In this document: positions 32,612 to 46,177 of the stretch, piece after piece
Position numbering within the stretch: position 1 is the stretch's first letter
Layout: each line of letters begins with the position of its first letter
Assembly: GCF_003334785.1 (NCBI RefSeq)
Contig: NZ_QOWV01000004.1
Reading direction: 5' to 3' (one strand)
DNA from: Escherichia coli
GTDB taxonomy: Bacteria; Pseudomonadota; Gammaproteobacteria; Enterobacterales; Enterobacteriaceae
DNA length: 64,000 nt
The notes under the pieces: model-generated
Told to the model about the DNA's origin: nothing
What the model saw: only the letters and a program-made list of their open reading frames with translations
Database searches by the model: none
Program-made: the position numbers and the translations under genes

Positions 32612-34870
32612 TTACTCTTCGCTATCACCGCTGCTGGCACGGCGAGGAGAGTCGATCTCAACACGATCGATACGCTGCAAACCGCGCATCAACGTACCGC
32701 GGCGTCCACGTTCGCCAGTGACTTTCTGTAACTCTTCCGGGCGCAGTTTAATTTTGCGTTTCCCAACATGAATGGTCAGCGTGCTTTGCGGCGGCAGAAC
32801 GTACAATTGCGCCAGACCATCTTCTCCACGCGCGGCTTCTGCCGATGGAATGTTGATAATCTTGTTGCCTTTGCCCTTCGACAGCTGCGGCAGATCACTT
32901 ACCGGGAACATCAACATACGGCCTGCCTGAGTGATTGCCAGCAGCATATCGGAAGCATCTTCAATCACCACCGGCGGCATAACATGGGCATTTTCCGGTA
33001 AGGTGATCAAAGCCTTACCTGCACGGTTACGCGCCACCAGATCGTTAAAGGTGCAGACGAAACCGTAACCCGCATCGGAAGCCATCAGCAGTTTCTGATC
33101 GTCGCTTTCCATCAGCATATGGTCAACGGTCGCCCCAGGCGGCAACGTTAATTTGCCGGTGAGCGGCTCGCCCTGACCACGCGCCGACGGCAGCGTAATC
33201 GGGTCAATGGCATAGCTACGACCGGTGGAATCAACAAACACTACCGGTTGGTTGCTCTTACCTTTCACCGCCGCTTTGAAGCTATCACCCGCTTTATAAT
33301 TCAGGCCCGGCGCGTCGATATCATGGCCTTTAGCGCTGCGTACCCAGCCCATCTGCGACAGCACAATGGTGACAGGTTCAGACGGCAGCATGTCGTGCTC
33401 GCTCATCGCTTTCGCTTCTTCGCGTTCCTGCAACGGCGAACGACGATCGTCACCGTAGGCTTGCGCGTCTGCCTGCAGTTCTTTCTTCAGCAGGTTATTC
33501 ATTTTACGCTCGGAAGCCAAAATGCCCTGCAACTGGTCGCGCTCTTTTTCCAGTTCACTCTGCTCACCGCGAATCTTCATCTCTTCCAGTTTGGCAAGAT
33601 GACGCAGTTTCAGTTCGAGGATCGCTTCCGCCTGGGTTTCCGTAAGGCCAAACCGCGACATCAGCGCCGGTTTCGGTTCATCTTCATTACGAATGATCTC
33701 AATCACTTCGTCGATATTGAGAAACGCCACCAGCAAACCTTCGAGGATATGCAGGCGCTTGAGGACTTTCTCCAGACGATAGTTCAGTCGGCGGCGCACG
33801 GTATCGCGGCGGAACACCAGCCATTCGGAGAGGATTTCCAGCAGGTTTTTCACCGCCGGACGACCATCCAGACCGATCATATTAAGGTTAATACGATAGC
33901 TCTTTTCCAGATCGGTGGTAGCGAAGAGGTGGTTCATCACCTGATCCATATCCACGCGGTTGGAACGCGGCACAATCACCAGGCGGGTCGGGTTCTCGTG
34001 GTCAGATTCATCGCGCAGATCGTCAACCATCGGCAGCTTTTTGTTGCGCATTTGCGCAGCAATTTGCTCCAGTACGCGCGCACCTGAAACCTGATGCGGC
34101 AATGCGCTGATAACCACCGCGCCATCTTCTTTCTTCCACACCGCGCGCATACGCACTGAACCACGTCCGTTCTCGTAGATTTTACGGATCTCGGCGCGCG
34201 AAGTGATAATTTCCGCTTCAGTCGGATAATCCGGCCCCTGCACGATATCCAGCAGCTGATCGAGCGTGGTTTTCGGCTGGTCGATTAATGCGATTGCCGC
34301 CTGAGCCACTTCACGCAGGTTATGCGGTGGAATATCGGTCGCCATGCCGACGGCAATACCGGTGGTGCCGTTAAGCAAAATGTTTGGCAGACGGGCAGGT
34401 AGCATTTTCGGCTCCTGCAAAGTGCCGTCGAAGTTTGGCACCCAGTCAGCCGTCCCCTGCCCCAGCTCGCTCAATAGCAGCTCGGAATATTTCGACAACC
34501 GGGATTCGGTGTAACGCATTGCCGCGAACGATTTCGGATCGTCCGGCGCGCCCCAGTTCCCCTGACCATCAACCAGCGGATAACGGTAAGAGAACGGTTG
34601 CGCCATCAGGACCATCGCTTCATAACAGGCGCTATCGCCGTGCGGATGGTATTTACCCAGTACGTCACCGACGGTACGGGCCGATTTTTTAAATTTGGCG
34701 CTGGCATTCAGGCCCAGTTCAGACATCGCATACACAATGCGGCGCTGAACAGGTTTCAGACCATCACCAATAAACGGCAACGCACGGTCCATGATCACGT
34801 ACATGGAGTAGTTTAAGTAGGCGTTTTCCGTAAATTCATGTAGCGCAAGGCGCTCTGCCATATCGCTCAT
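32612..34870 (-). CDS. parC: DNA topoisomerase IV subunit A
   Basis: 752-aa [35 protein letters not shown]... Confidence 0.98.
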
Positions 34871-35007
34871 TAATTCTGATTCCTCAACTTATTCGCCAGC
34901 CTTCAAAGGGGCAATATTGCCGGAGATACTACATTATCTGCCGCGTCGAGTCACAGGAGATCAGCGTGAATAGCGCCGCCGGACGTGCTCCGACGGCGAT
35001 AAAGGCA

Positions 35008-36615
35008 TCAATGTGCCTTGATATACAACTCTTTGCTGTAGACATAATCCTGGGGATTATGCAGCGGAAAACCGCCAACGTAGGGTTTAAGCAGTTTGAT
35101 TAACGGCTGATAGTAGATAGGAATCAGCGGTGCCTGTTGGTTGATGATCACTTCTGCCTGCTGATACAACGCATTACGCTTTGTCGCATCAGTGATCTGC
35201 GTGGCCTGGTTTAGTAAGGCGTCATACTGCGCATTTTTCCAGTGACCGACGTTTTCTTCACTATCGCTTTTGAGCGTGTTCAGGAAGCTGGAAGCATCAT
35301 TGTACGTCGCATCCCACGACTGCCGAGACAGCATGAAATCACCGGCTCGTCGGGCATCAAGATAGGTTTTCCACTCCATTGTGCGCAGCGTCACCTGTGC
35401 ACCCAGCCATTTTTTCCATTCGGAAGACAACGCTATCGCGGTCTTTTCATGCAGATCGTACTTGTTGTAGAACAGCTCAAAGCGTAGCGGATGAGAGGCG
35501 TCGTATCCCGCCTGTTTCAGCAAGGCTTTTGCCATCGCGACGCGCTCACTCATTGGCTTTTGCAGTTCATCGAACGTCGTCGCGCTAAAGCCTTTTACCT
35601 CTGGCGGCGTCAGCGTGGTTGCGGGCGTTCTCAACCCCAGTACCTTTTGCGCAATAAGCTGTCGATCAACCGTAAGATATAGCGCCCGACGCACTCGCAC
35701 ATCGTTAAATGGCGGTTTCTCAAGGTTGAAGTTGTAATATTCGCTGTTCAGACGCGGAATAATTCGTAGCTCGCCAGGCAGTGATTTTTCAATGGCGGGA
35801 ATTTGCTGCGCCGGAACCCAGGTGAGATCGACCTCTCCCGCGCGATAGCGGTTATAGCCGGTGACCGAATTATCTAGCGCCAGATACTCAACCTGTTGCA
35901 ATACTGTATGTTGCGCATCGCGGTACTTTGGATTTTTGCGTGCAGTAATCTTTTCGTTAACTACCCACTGATCAAGCACAAAGGCACCGTTGTAAACCAT
36001 GTTCTCTGGCTTACTCCAGCTATCGCCATGTTTAGCGATGACATGATGAGGAACCGGGAACAGCGTCGGCCAGGCGAGCATCGTCGTGAACCAAGGAACC
36101 GGCTGCTCAAGCGTAACTTCAAGAGTACGATCATCCGTCGCTTTGACACCCAGCGATGTAACATCTGCTTTACCCGCAACAATAGCTGCGGCATTGTTAA
36201 TGTGCGCCTGTGCCAGATAGCCAGCAAAAGGGCTTGCCGTTTTCGGGTCAACCGCGCGCTGCCAGCCGAGGACAAAATCCTCTGCCGTCAGAGGCTGACC
36301 GTCGGACCACTGCAAACCGCTACGCAGATGGAAAATATAGCGCTTGCCGCCGTCCAGTATCTCCCAGCGTTCAGCCTGAGCGGGCTGCACCTGGCCTTCA
36401 CCGTCCATCCATACCAGACCTTCAAACAGATCCAGCACAATCTGCGCGGCAGTATTCTCCTCCACCTTTTGCGGGTCGAGCGTACCTGGGTCGCTATGAT
36501 TGTTGTAACGAAAGACTTGTTGCGGGGCGAGCGGTGTGTTGGCGGGAACGTCAGCAGCGTAGAGAGGAGCCGCACTTACCAGGCTGACCAGCCATAATAA
36601 ATTTCGCGTATACAT
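35008..36615 (-). CDS. ygiS: Periplasmic substrate-binding protein YgiS (oligopeptide-binding family)
   Basis: 535 aa from internal Met MYTRNLLWLVSLVSAAPLYA... Confidence 0.93.
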   Translation of the reverse strand: MYTRNLLWLVSLVSAAPLYAADVPANTPLAPQQVFRYNNHSDPGTLDPQKVEENTAAQIVLDLFEGLVWMDGEGQVQPAQAERWEILDGGKRYIFHLRSGLQWSDGQPLTAEDFVLGWQRAVDPKTASPFAGYLAQAHINNAAAIVAGKADVTSLGVKATDDRTLEVTLEQPVPWFTTMLAWPTLFPVPHHVIAKHGDSWSKPENMVYNGAFVLDQWVVNEKITARKNPKYRDAQHTVLQQVEYLALDNSVTGYNRYRAGEVDLTWVPAQQIPAIEKSLPGELRIIPRLNSEYYNFNLEKPPFNDVRVRRALYLTVDRQLIAQKVLGLRTPATTLTPPEVKGFSATTFDELQKPMSERVAMAKALLKQAGYDASHPLRFELFYNKYDLHEKTAIALSSEWKKWLGAQVTLRTMEWKTYLDARRAGDFMLSRQSWDATYNDASSFLNTLKSDSEENVGHWKNAQYDALLNQATQITDATKRNALYQQAEVIINQQAPLIPIYYQPLIKLLKPYVGGFPLHNPQDYVYSKELYIKAH

Positions 36616-36747
36616 GGTATTCCTTACCGGAGAAATTATAAGCCCAACAACAATACGCCTGTGGCATTGTTCGCTCAAACTTATCGCGAGTGATTTGGCT
36701 CACACTCCGGTAAAGAAAAAAGCGAGTTGCCCCCGCTTTTCCATTAA

Positions 36748-37143
36748 TTAACGGATTTCATTCAATAGTTCTGGATGCTTATCCAGAACACGTAAAAGTT
36801 TGATTGTGGAAGGATGAGGTTGGGCATTGCCTTTTTCGTAACGCGAAAACGCATTTACACCTCCCCCAAAAATTTCGCTTGCCTCTTTTTGGGTAAGAGA
36901 GAGCTTTTTTCGAACCTTCACTATAAATTCAGGTGCCACTGTTTCGGCATTCACCGAAGCCCGAAATGCCTTTACTTGCGCCATGAAAGCATCTGACTCT
37001 TCTTTATTCATGATGCTCTCTTCGCAATGGACACAATATAAACCGTGGATACCTTTCAATACTGTTTTTCGTCCACGGAAGGTGTATGGAATATCTTTAA
37101 TGCCAGAAACCATTTCTCCCTGGTGGCAAACCGGACATTTCAT
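36748..37143 (-). CDS. mqsA: Antitoxin / transcriptional regulator MqsA
   Basis: 131-aa ORF with N-terminal zinc ribbon (CPVCHQGEM...CVHCEES) and C-terminal HTH. Confidence 0.97.
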   Translation of the reverse strand: MKCPVCHQGEMVSGIKDIPYTFRGRKTVLKGIHGLYCVHCEESIMNKEESDAFMAQVKAFRASVNAETVAPEFIVKVRKKLSLTQKEASEIFGGGVNAFSRYEKGNAQPHPSTIKLLRVLDKHPELLNEIR

Positions 37144-37144
37144 A

Positions 37145-37441
37145 TTACTTCTCCTTAAACGAGACGATCAGTACGTCATGAATTACCGTAATTTTAAGAT
37201 AAACCTGGCCTGTAACAAGCCTGGGTCTGTAAACATCCTGTCAGATAGTATGATCAGAGTAGGTGGTCATGCTTTTATAAAAGTCGCTCTCTGATAATCC
37301 AATGATAACATTACACATACCATCAAAATCCAAACCTAACTCATCTGCATTTAACAGGGCACTACGTGTTGTACGAACTTGCCCGGCATTGACAAGTTTT
37401 TTAACCTGACTCAAACGTGTATGTGGTGTGCGTTTTTCCAT
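37145..37441 (-). pseudogene. mqsR: mqsR toxin gene interrupted by in-frame TGA at codon 67
   Basis: Open for 66 codons (MEKRTPHTRLSQVKK...SDHTI), then TGA (plus-strand tca 37241-37243); the same frame continues to encode QDVYRPRLVTGQVYLKITVIHDVLIVSFKEK before the natural stop. Confidence 0.85.
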
Positions 37442-37469
37442 AACCCCCGCCTCCCTGTTACTTTAGTTA

Positions 37470-37516
37470 TAACCTAAAAGGTTAATTACAGCAATGAAAA
37501 AGCACCTAAAAGGTTA
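37470..37516. promoter_or_regulatory. mqsRA promoter operator palindromes (MqsA binding sites)
   Basis: Two copies of ACCT-AAA-AGGT (37472-37482 and 37504-37514) upstream of mqsR. Confidence 0.8.
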
Positions 37517-37645
37517 GTTAGATGTACGGAGATAGTGACCACACAAAACGTATTCTTTAAGGAAAGTGATTGACCATATAAGAAAGTGGCGCATTAGTAG
37601 CGCCAGTTTGAAGCAGGAATTTATAAGGGAAGCTGGAGTCAGGCA

Positions 37646-38128
37646 TCACGCCAACGGCACATAAACATCCGTTTCCAGTCGCTGCTCTGTCACCCCTTCG
37701 GCAAGATTGGTGTAGTGAAACAGAATCGGTGCTTTACGCATTTTCTCGCCGCTTGCAGGCAGCCAGTGGCGAATGATGCCCCATACCGTGTGTGAAATAT
37801 CGTCCAGCTCGCCAACGTGGCGGGCCACGGCATAACGTCCACCGGTAAGTTCACCATTGCTCACACCATAACGATTATCGGGAATCGGTTCGCTAACGCT
37901 GCCGCAGATATCAAAGCGAAACGCTTCCGGTGCGGTGGTGGCAGGGTCGTCCCAGGCGACGCCAAAAGTCTGGCTTTGGTTAACAGGAGAAAGCCCCGTC
38001 TCTTTACGCCACATGATAAATTTCGCCACGCTGTAGTTGAGCAATTCAGGGCTACAGCGGTGCGGCAACATCGCCACAGGTATTGATGGGAAATCGATAA
38101 TGTTTACATCCAGTGTCAGGTTTGTCAT
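37646..38128 (-). CDS. ygiV: GyrI-like domain protein YgiV
   Basis: 160-aa ORF MTNLTLDVNIIDFPSIPVAMLPH... Confidence 0.92.
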   Translation of the reverse strand: MTNLTLDVNIIDFPSIPVAMLPHRCSPELLNYSVAKFIMWRKETGLSPVNQSQTFGVAWDDPATTAPEAFRFDICGSVSEPIPDNRYGVSNGELTGGRYAVARHVGELDDISHTVWGIIRHWLPASGEKMRKAPILFHYTNLAEGVTEQRLETDVYVPLA

Positions 38129-38180
38129 TTTGCCTCCCTGCGAAATTATTCCCGGGAACGCGTCCCGGGAGCGGTAACAA

Positions 38181-38573
38181 TTACGGATTTACTTTGCGGA
38201 TCTGTTTGACGTCAATTTCAACAGAATTCCAGTCTTTATCGACTTCACCCTGAATCTCAACCGTATCTTTCGGCGTCACCGTCACGCCGTTCCAGCGTTT
38301 GTGGTCGATATCAACATTGATAGTACCGCTGGCATCTTTGAACACGTAGAGATCGTCAGAGATGCGTTCAACGATATTGCCGCGCAGGGTTACCCAGGTG
38401 TCGTCACGCAGGGATTTTGCGCTTTCTACAGTCGTTACGCTGCCGTTCGGCCCCTGGAATCCTCCGGCCTGACTTTGCGTTGCCGATGGGCCAGAAAAAC
38501 CGCCCTGCTCTGCTGCCATCACCGGTGCGCTGCACAGGGCCATTACTGCGATTACTGCTGCGAATTTTTTCAT
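38181..38573 (-). CDS. ygiW: Periplasmic OB-fold (BOF) stress protein YgiW
   Basis: 130 aa from internal Met MKKFAAVIAVMALCSAPVMA... Confidence 0.92.
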   Translation of the reverse strand: MKKFAAVIAVMALCSAPVMAAEQGGFSGPSATQSQAGGFQGPNGSVTTVESAKSLRDDTWVTLRGNIVERISDDLYVFKDASGTINVDIDHKRWNGVTVTPKDTVEIQGEVDKDWNSVEIDVKQIRKVNP

Positions 38574-38724
38574 GTTTATTACTCCCTTTAATGTCTGTTT
38601 CCGAGCATTTAACAAGATAGTCCTTAACAACTTCTTAAGGGAAAAAAATAAAATTTAGTGCTGTACAGAGCGCGTTACAACACGGTTTACTGGCAGCAAA
38701 TACGGTTATCGCAGGGATGAAAAA

Positions 38725-39384
38725 ATGCGAATTTTACTGATAGAAGATGACATGCTGATTGGCGACGGCATCAAAACGGGCCTTAGTAAAATGGGTTTTA
38801 GCGTCGACTGGTTTACACAAGGTCGTCAGGGAAAAGAGGCGCTTTATAGCGCACCTTATGATGCGGTGATCCTGGATTTAACCTTACCAGGCATGGATGG
38901 TCGCGATATTTTGCGCGAATGGCGAGAAAAAGGTCAGCGTGAGCCGGTACTGATCCTGACCGCGCGCGATGCGCTGGCGGAACGTGTAGAAGGGCTGCGT
39001 CTGGGAGCTGACGATTATCTGTGTAAACCTTTTGCGTTGATAGAAGTCGCCGCCAGGCTGGAAGCTCTGATGCGCCGAACCAACGGCCAGGCCAGCAACG
39101 AGCTGCGCCACGGTAACGTCATGCTCGACCCCGGCAAACGTATCGCCACGCTGGCTGGCGAACCCTTAACACTGAAACCAAAAGAATTTGCCCTGCTGGA
39201 ATTACTGATGCGTAACGCTGGTCGGGTACTGCCGCGCAAACTGATTGAAGAGAAACTGTATACCTGGGACGAAGAGGTCACCAGTAATGCCGTTGAAGTG
39301 CATGTGCATCATCTGCGACGCAAACTCGGTAGTGATTTTATTCGTACCGTGCATGGTATTGGTTACACATTAGGTGAGAAATGA
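38725..39384 (+). CDS. qseB: Two-component response regulator QseB
   Basis: 219-aa OmpR-family [18 protein letters not shown]... Confidence 0.97.
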   Translation: MRILLIEDDMLIGDGIKTGLSKMGFSVDWFTQGRQGKEALYSAPYDAVILDLTLPGMDGRDILREWREKGQREPVLILTARDALAERVEGLRLGADDYLCKPFALIEVAARLEALMRRTNGQASNELRHGNVMLDPGKRIATLAGEPLTLKPKEFALLELLMRNAGRVLPRKLIEEKLYTWDEEVTSNAVEVHVHHLRRKLGSDFIRTVHGIGYTLGEK

Positions 39385-40730
39385 AATTTACCCAACGTCT
39401 TAGTCTGCGCGTCAGGCTGACGCTAATCTTTTTAATTCTGGCCTCGGTGACCTGGCTGCTTTCCAGCTTTGTCGCCTGGAAACAAACAACGGATAACGTC
39501 GATGAATTGTTCGACACCCAACTGATGCTGTTTGCCAAGCGGTTAAGTACGCTCGATCTCAACGAAATCAACGCGGCGGATCGCATGGCACAGACGCCAA
39601 ATAGATTAAAACACGGTCATGTTGATGACGATGCGCTGACCTTTGCCATCTTTACCCACGACGGCAGAATGGTCCTTAATGATGGCGATAACGGAGAAGA
39701 TATTCCCTATAGCTATCAACGGGAAGGTTTTGCTGACGGGCAACTGGTCGGTGAAGACGATCCTTGGCGTTTTGTCTGGATGACCTCACCTGATGGCAAA
39801 TATCGCATCGTTGTTGGCCAGGAATGGGAATACCGTGAAGACATGGCGCTGGCGATTGTTGCCGGGCAATTGATCCCGTGGCTGGTCGCACTGCCGATTA
39901 TGTTAATCATCATGATGGTACTACTGGGTCGTGAACTCGCGCCGCTGAACAAACTGGCGCTGGCACTACGTATGCGTGACCCTGACTCGGAAAAACCACT
40001 AAACGCGACTGGCGTACCCAGCGAAGTGCGGCCACTGGTTGAGTCGCTAAATCAACTGTTCGCCCGCACACATGCGATGATGGTTCGTGAACGACGCTTT
40101 ACCTCCGACGCAGCTCACGAACTTCGTAGCCCGTTAACGGCGCTGAAAGTGCAAACCGAAGTTGCGCAGCTCTCTGACGATGATCCGCAGGCGCGGAAAA
40201 AAGCACTGCTCCAATTACATTCCGGGATCGATCGCGCTACTCGTCTGGTTGATCAACTGCTCACGCTATCGCGGCTGGACTCACTGGATAACCTTCAGGA
40301 CGTCGCGGAGATCCCGCTTGAAGATCTCCTGCAATCGTCGGTGATGGATATTTACCACACGGCGCAGCAGGCGAAAATTGACGTGCGACTGACACTCAAT
40401 GCCCACAGCATCAAACGCACCGGGCAACCGCTATTGCTAAGTTTGTTGGTGCGAAATTTGCTGGATAACGCCGTGCGCTACAGTCCACAGGGCAGCGTGG
40501 TAGACGTCACGCTGAATGCTGATAATTTCATCGTGAGGGATAACGGCCCCGGTGTGACACCAGAGGCACTGGCGCGAATTGGCGAACGCTTCTATCGCCC
40601 ACCCGGACAAACCGCTACCGGCAGCGGGCTTGGGCTATCGATTGTCCAGCGAATCGCCAAATTGCATGGCATGAATGTTGAATTTGGGAATGCGGAACAA
40701 GGTGGATTTGAGGCGAAGGTAAGCTGGTAA
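39381..40730 (+). CDS. qseC: Two-component sensor histidine kinase QseC
   Basis: 449-aa ORF overlapping qseB stop; HisKA and ATPase motifs. Confidence 0.97.
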   Translation: MKFTQRLSLRVRLTLIFLILASVTWLLSSFVAWKQTTDNVDELFDTQLMLFAKRLSTLDLNEINAADRMAQTPNRLKHGHVDDDALTFAIFTHDGRMVLNDGDNGEDIPYSYQREGFADGQLVGEDDPWRFVWMTSPDGKYRIVVGQEWEYREDMALAIVAGQLIPWLVALPIMLIIMMVLLGRELAPLNKLALALRMRDPDSEKPLNATGVPSEVRPLVESLNQLFARTHAMMVRERRFTSDAAHELRSPLTALKVQTEVAQLSDDDPQARKKALLQLHSGIDRATRLVDQLLTLSRLDSLDNLQDVAEIPLEDLLQSSVMDIYHTAQQAKIDVRLTLNAHSIKRTGQPLLLSLLVRNLLDNAVRYSPQGSVVDVTLNADNFIVRDNGPGVTPEALARIGERFYRPPGQTATGSGLGLSIVQRIAKLHGMNVEFGNAEQGGFEAKVSW

Positions 40731-40775
40731 CTTCTCTGTCTATGAGAGCCGTTAAAACGACTCTCATAGATTTTA

Positions 40776-41108
40776 CTAATAGCAAAATATAAACCGTCCC
40801 CAAAAAAGCCACCAACCACAAACCAGACAAATACCGAGCGAGAATACATATACCCAAAACTCGAACATTTCCCGCATAAAGAGTTTTCTTAAGATAAGAA
40901 TAATAAGTGGCGTAAGAAGAAAAAATGCTGCAATCATTGCTTGCAATATACGATCTTCGCCTGAAACGGAAGGTATACTGCAAATATTTCCTCCCGACTC
41001 AAGCATCCAGTCATACTTATTGAAAGCAAAAAAAGAATCTATTAACCAATAAGTAAGCATTATATATAGCAATGCTTCAAATATTGTTTTAATTTTCTGC
41101 TTTAACAT
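40776..41108 (-). CDS. ygiZ: Inner membrane protein YgiZ
   Basis: 110-aa hydrophobic ORF. Confidence 0.85.
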   Translation of the reverse strand: MLKQKIKTIFEALLYIMLTYWLIDSFFAFNKYDWMLESGGNICSIPSVSGEDRILQAMIAAFFLLTPLIILILRKLFMREMFEFWVYVFSLGICLVCGWWLFWGRFIFCY

Positions 41109-41426
41109 ATATCAGTACGCTCATAAAAATCCATTTATAATTATCAACATGACACGTTGATACTTTCATCTTTTACTTATTCAAAGCCATATTTTCAATC
41201 CCCAAAAAAACCGAACCAAACGTGTAAATTATTCCGGTGCGAGTAAGAATTATGAGGAATGGCTATCAGTATTGTCATTTTCAGAAAATATTTATCCTGC
41301 ATCGGTGAGTCAGAGTAAGATCAGACTTTTGCTAAATTCGCAAAAGACTTTGCACATTTTGCTAATTTCACCGTACCGCTCTGTGACGTACTATAGTCGG
41401 CAAACGTCTCACCTTGAGGTTAAAAA

Positions 41427-42008
41427 ATGAGCAACATCCTGATTATCAACGGCGCGAAAAAATTCGCCCACTCCAATGGTCAACTGAACGACACCCTGAC
41501 CGAAGTCGCGGATGGCACACTGCGCGACCTTGGGCATGATGTCCGCATCGTTCGCGCCGACAGCGACTACGATGTCAAAGCGGAAGTACAAAACTTTCTC
41601 TGGGCTGATGTGGTGATCTGGCAGATGCCAGGCTGGTGGATGGGCGCGCCGTGGACAGTGAAAAAATACATTGATGATGTATTCACCGAAGGTCACGGGA
41701 CGCTGTATGCCAGCGATGGTCGTACCCGCAAAGATCCGTCGAAAAAATACGGTTCCGGCGGCCTGGTACAGGGCAAAAAATATATGCTTTCTCTGACCTG
41801 GAACGCACCAATGGAAGCCTTCACCGAAAAAGATCAGTTCTTCCACGGCGTTGGCGTTGACGGTGTGTATCTGCCGTTCCATAAAGCAAACCAATTCCTC
41901 GGTATGGAACCGCTGCCGACATTTATCGCTAATGACGTGATAAAAATGCCTGATGTTCCCCGCTATACTGAAGAATATCGCAAGCATCTTGTGGAAATTT
42001 TTGGTTAA
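41427..42008 (+). CDS. mdaB: NADPH:quinone oxidoreductase MdaB
   Basis: 193-aa ORF MSNILIINGAKKFAHSNGQLNDTL... Confidence 0.97.
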   Translation: MSNILIINGAKKFAHSNGQLNDTLTEVADGTLRDLGHDVRIVRADSDYDVKAEVQNFLWADVVIWQMPGWWMGAPWTVKKYIDDVFTEGHGTLYASDGRTRKDPSKKYGSGGLVQGKKYMLSLTWNAPMEAFTEKDQFFHGVGVDGVYLPFHKANQFLGMEPLPTFIANDVIKMPDVPRYTEEYRKHLVEIFG

Positions 42009-42038
42009 CTAGAGCTCAGGCTTTAGAAGGAGTTAACC

Positions 42039-42353
42039 ATGCTTACCGTAATCGCAGAAATCCGTACTCGTCCTGGTCAACATCACCGTCAGGCGGTATT
42101 GGATCAGTTTGCTAAAATCGTTCCAACCGTACTGAAAGAAGAAGGTTGCCACGGCTATGCGCCAATGGTGGATTGCGCAGCTGGCGTGAGTTTCCAGTCT
42201 ATGGCACCGGATTCTATCGTGATGATTGAGCAGTGGGAAAGCATCGCGCATCTTGAAGCGCATCTGCAAACCCCGCACATGAAGGCGTATAGCGAAGCCG
42301 TAAAAGGTGACGTGCTGGAGATGAATATCCGTATTCTGCAGCCAGGGATTTAA
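42039..42353 (+). CDS. ygiN: Quinol monooxygenase YgiN
   Basis: 104-aa ORF MLTVIAEIRTRPGQHHRQAVLDQF... Confidence 0.95.
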   Translation: MLTVIAEIRTRPGQHHRQAVLDQFAKIVPTVLKEEGCHGYAPMVDCAAGVSFQSMAPDSIVMIEQWESIAHLEAHLQTPHMKAYSEAVKGDVLEMNIRILQPGI

Positions 42354-42400
42354 TCCTGCCTTGTTTGCCCGGCCATCCTGACCGGGCAATGTTCTTTCCT

Positions 42401-44296
<1,896 letters not shown>

Positions 44297-44321
44297 TTAA
44301 GTTAGTAATTCGAGTTGATCG

Positions 44322-44903
44322 TCAGAGATGGTGCAGACCAAGAAAATCGACGATCGGGTTGAAATAATCTTCGAAGCCCGTGAATGCGTGGTTGCCGCCT
44401 TCTATGACAGTCTGGCGGCAGGAAGCGTAGTACGCCACCGCCTGGCGGTAATCCAGCACTTCATCTCCCGTCTGTTGCAGCAGCCAGATCAAATCCGGCG
44501 CTTCCAGCGGGTCAATCTGCATGACTTTAAGATCGTAAATATGGCGTGACTCTAGCACATATTGCTGCCCGGTGTAGGGGTTCTCGTTCTGACCGAGATA
44601 GTCCGTCAGCAGTTCAAACGGGCGCACCGCCGGGTTTACCACCACTGCGGGCAGCATAAAACATTGTGACAACCAGGTGGCGTAATATCCCCCCAGTGAC
44701 GAACCGACAATACCCAGCGAATCACCGCCATGTTCCAGGACAATGGATTCCAGCAGCTCTGCCGCGTCGGAAGGATACGGCGGCAACTGCGGAATGATCA
44801 TCTCAACGTCAGGGTGATGTTCCGCCAGCCAGTTTTTTAACAAGCTCGCTTTTGCAGAGCGCGGCGAGCTGTTGAAACCGTGTAAATAAAGAAGCGTAGA
44901 CAT
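44322..44903 (-). CDS. yqiA: Esterase YqiA
   Basis: 193-aa [22 protein letters not shown]... Confidence 0.95.
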   Translation of the reverse strand: MSTLLYLHGFNSSPRSAKASLLKNWLAEHHPDVEMIIPQLPPYPSDAAELLESIVLEHGGDSLGIVGSSLGGYYATWLSQCFMLPAVVVNPAVRPFELLTDYLGQNENPYTGQQYVLESRHIYDLKVMQIDPLEAPDLIWLLQQTGDEVLDYRQAVAYYASCRQTVIEGGNHAFTGFEDYFNPIVDFLGLHHL

Positions 44904-45730
44904 CAGTAGCCTTCTGAAGCGGTATCAGGTTGGAAACGTGTGTCCGCCAGGCGATGCACCTCGGTGGTCAGCGTGCCATCAGCATGTAACTCGAGAGTAC
45001 GCCAGCCGGGCGCGATGGTATCCAGCGTAAAGTTGGAACAGTGCGGCTTAAACTGCACACAGGTCGACGGCGTTGCCAGCAGGCGGCGACCATTCCAGTC
45101 GAGATCCAGCTCCTGATGAATATGACCGCACAGCAAGTATTTGACGTGCGGAAACTTCGCCAGCACGGTATCCAGTTCGCCCGCGTTACGCAGACTGTGT
45201 TGATCGAGCCAACTACAACCCGCAGGTAGCGGATGATGATGCAGCAGCAGCAACGTATGGCGTTCTGGCGCATCGGCCAGTTTACGTTCCAGCCACTCAA
45301 GCTGAAACTCGCTCAGCTCACCGTGCGGCACGCCAAACACCTGGCTATCCAGCAACAGGATTTGCCATTGCTCACCAATAAACACGCGCTTCGCCGGGGA
45401 GATACCCGCATCCTGTAACGCGCTGTACATCGCGGGCTGGAAATCGTGGTTGCCCGGCAGCCAGACGCAGGGCGCACGAAAACTTGCGATGCCTTCAGCG
45501 AAATGCTGATAGGCCGCAGAGGATTGATCCTGCGCTAAATCACCTGTCGCGACAATCAGGTCGAATTCGTGCTGGTGTGGCCGAATCGCCTCCAGCACCG
45601 CCTGGTAACTCTCCCAGGTGTTTACCCCTAACAGGGCTTCGTGCTTTTGTGCAAACAGGTGAGTGTCGGTAATTTGTAAAATCCTGACTCTGGCCTCACC
45701 AGCCAGAGGAAGGGTTAACAGGCTTTCCAA
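44903..45730 (-). CDS. cpdA: 3',5'-cyclic AMP phosphodiesterase
   Basis: 275-aa metallophosphoesterase ORF. Confidence 0.97.
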   Translation of the reverse strand: MESLLTLPLAGEARVRILQITDTHLFAQKHEALLGVNTWESYQAVLEAIRPHQHEFDLIVATGDLAQDQSSAAYQHFAEGIASFRAPCVWLPGNHDFQPAMYSALQDAGISPAKRVFIGEQWQILLLDSQVFGVPHGELSEFQLEWLERKLADAPERHTLLLLHHHPLPAGCSWLDQHSLRNAGELDTVLAKFPHVKYLLCGHIHQELDLDWNGRRLLATPSTCVQFKPHCSNFTLDTIAPGWRTLELHADGTLTTEVHRLADTRFQPDTASEGY

Positions 45731-45754
45731 ATGGTGTCCTTAGGTTTCACGACG

Positions 45755-46177
45755 CTAATAAACCGGAATCGCCATCGCTCCATGTGCTAAACAGTATCGC
45801 AACCAGTCCGCTAAAAACTGATTAATTTGATGCTTTTCGTCGCGTTGATGCAACTTTTTATTAGGATAATCATACCGCGCTTTGAAGCGAAAAATCTGCT
45901 GGCTTGAACACACTTCAGCCACCATCGCGTCATGATACAGACGCACCGTCATTGACGGAAGGCTCCAGTAACTGATCGCGGGCGCAGTCTGTTCTATTGT
46001 CACCAGGGTAGTGTATCGGGTCGATTCCACAATCGTCAGCCGATATTGTGCGTTTGCCACCTGATAGCTTACAGTTTCGCCGGGTGCGTCATTGCGCGGT
46101 AACAAACGGCGCAATTGTGAAAAGTTCATCTCGCACAGGCGCATCATTTCAGGAAAGTCAGGTGTGTAACGCTTCAT
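45755..46177 (-). CDS. yqiB: DUF1249-family protein YqiB
   Basis: 140-aa ORF in nudF-yqiB-cpdA-yqiA operon position. Confidence 0.9.

Noticed and set aside
37241-37243. In-frame TGA codons in mqsR (and in yqiH at 57856-57858) as possible selenocysteine or recoded tryptophan codons
   Set aside because: Neither protein family is a known selenoprotein, there is no obvious SECIS-like hairpin immediately downstream, and every other gene in the window uses TGG for Trp and terminates normally. Nonsense mutations are the simpler explanation.
41409-41987. 192-aa minus-strand ORF overlapping mdaB
   Set aside because: It is antisense to the well-recognised mdaB gene and is a spurious frame.
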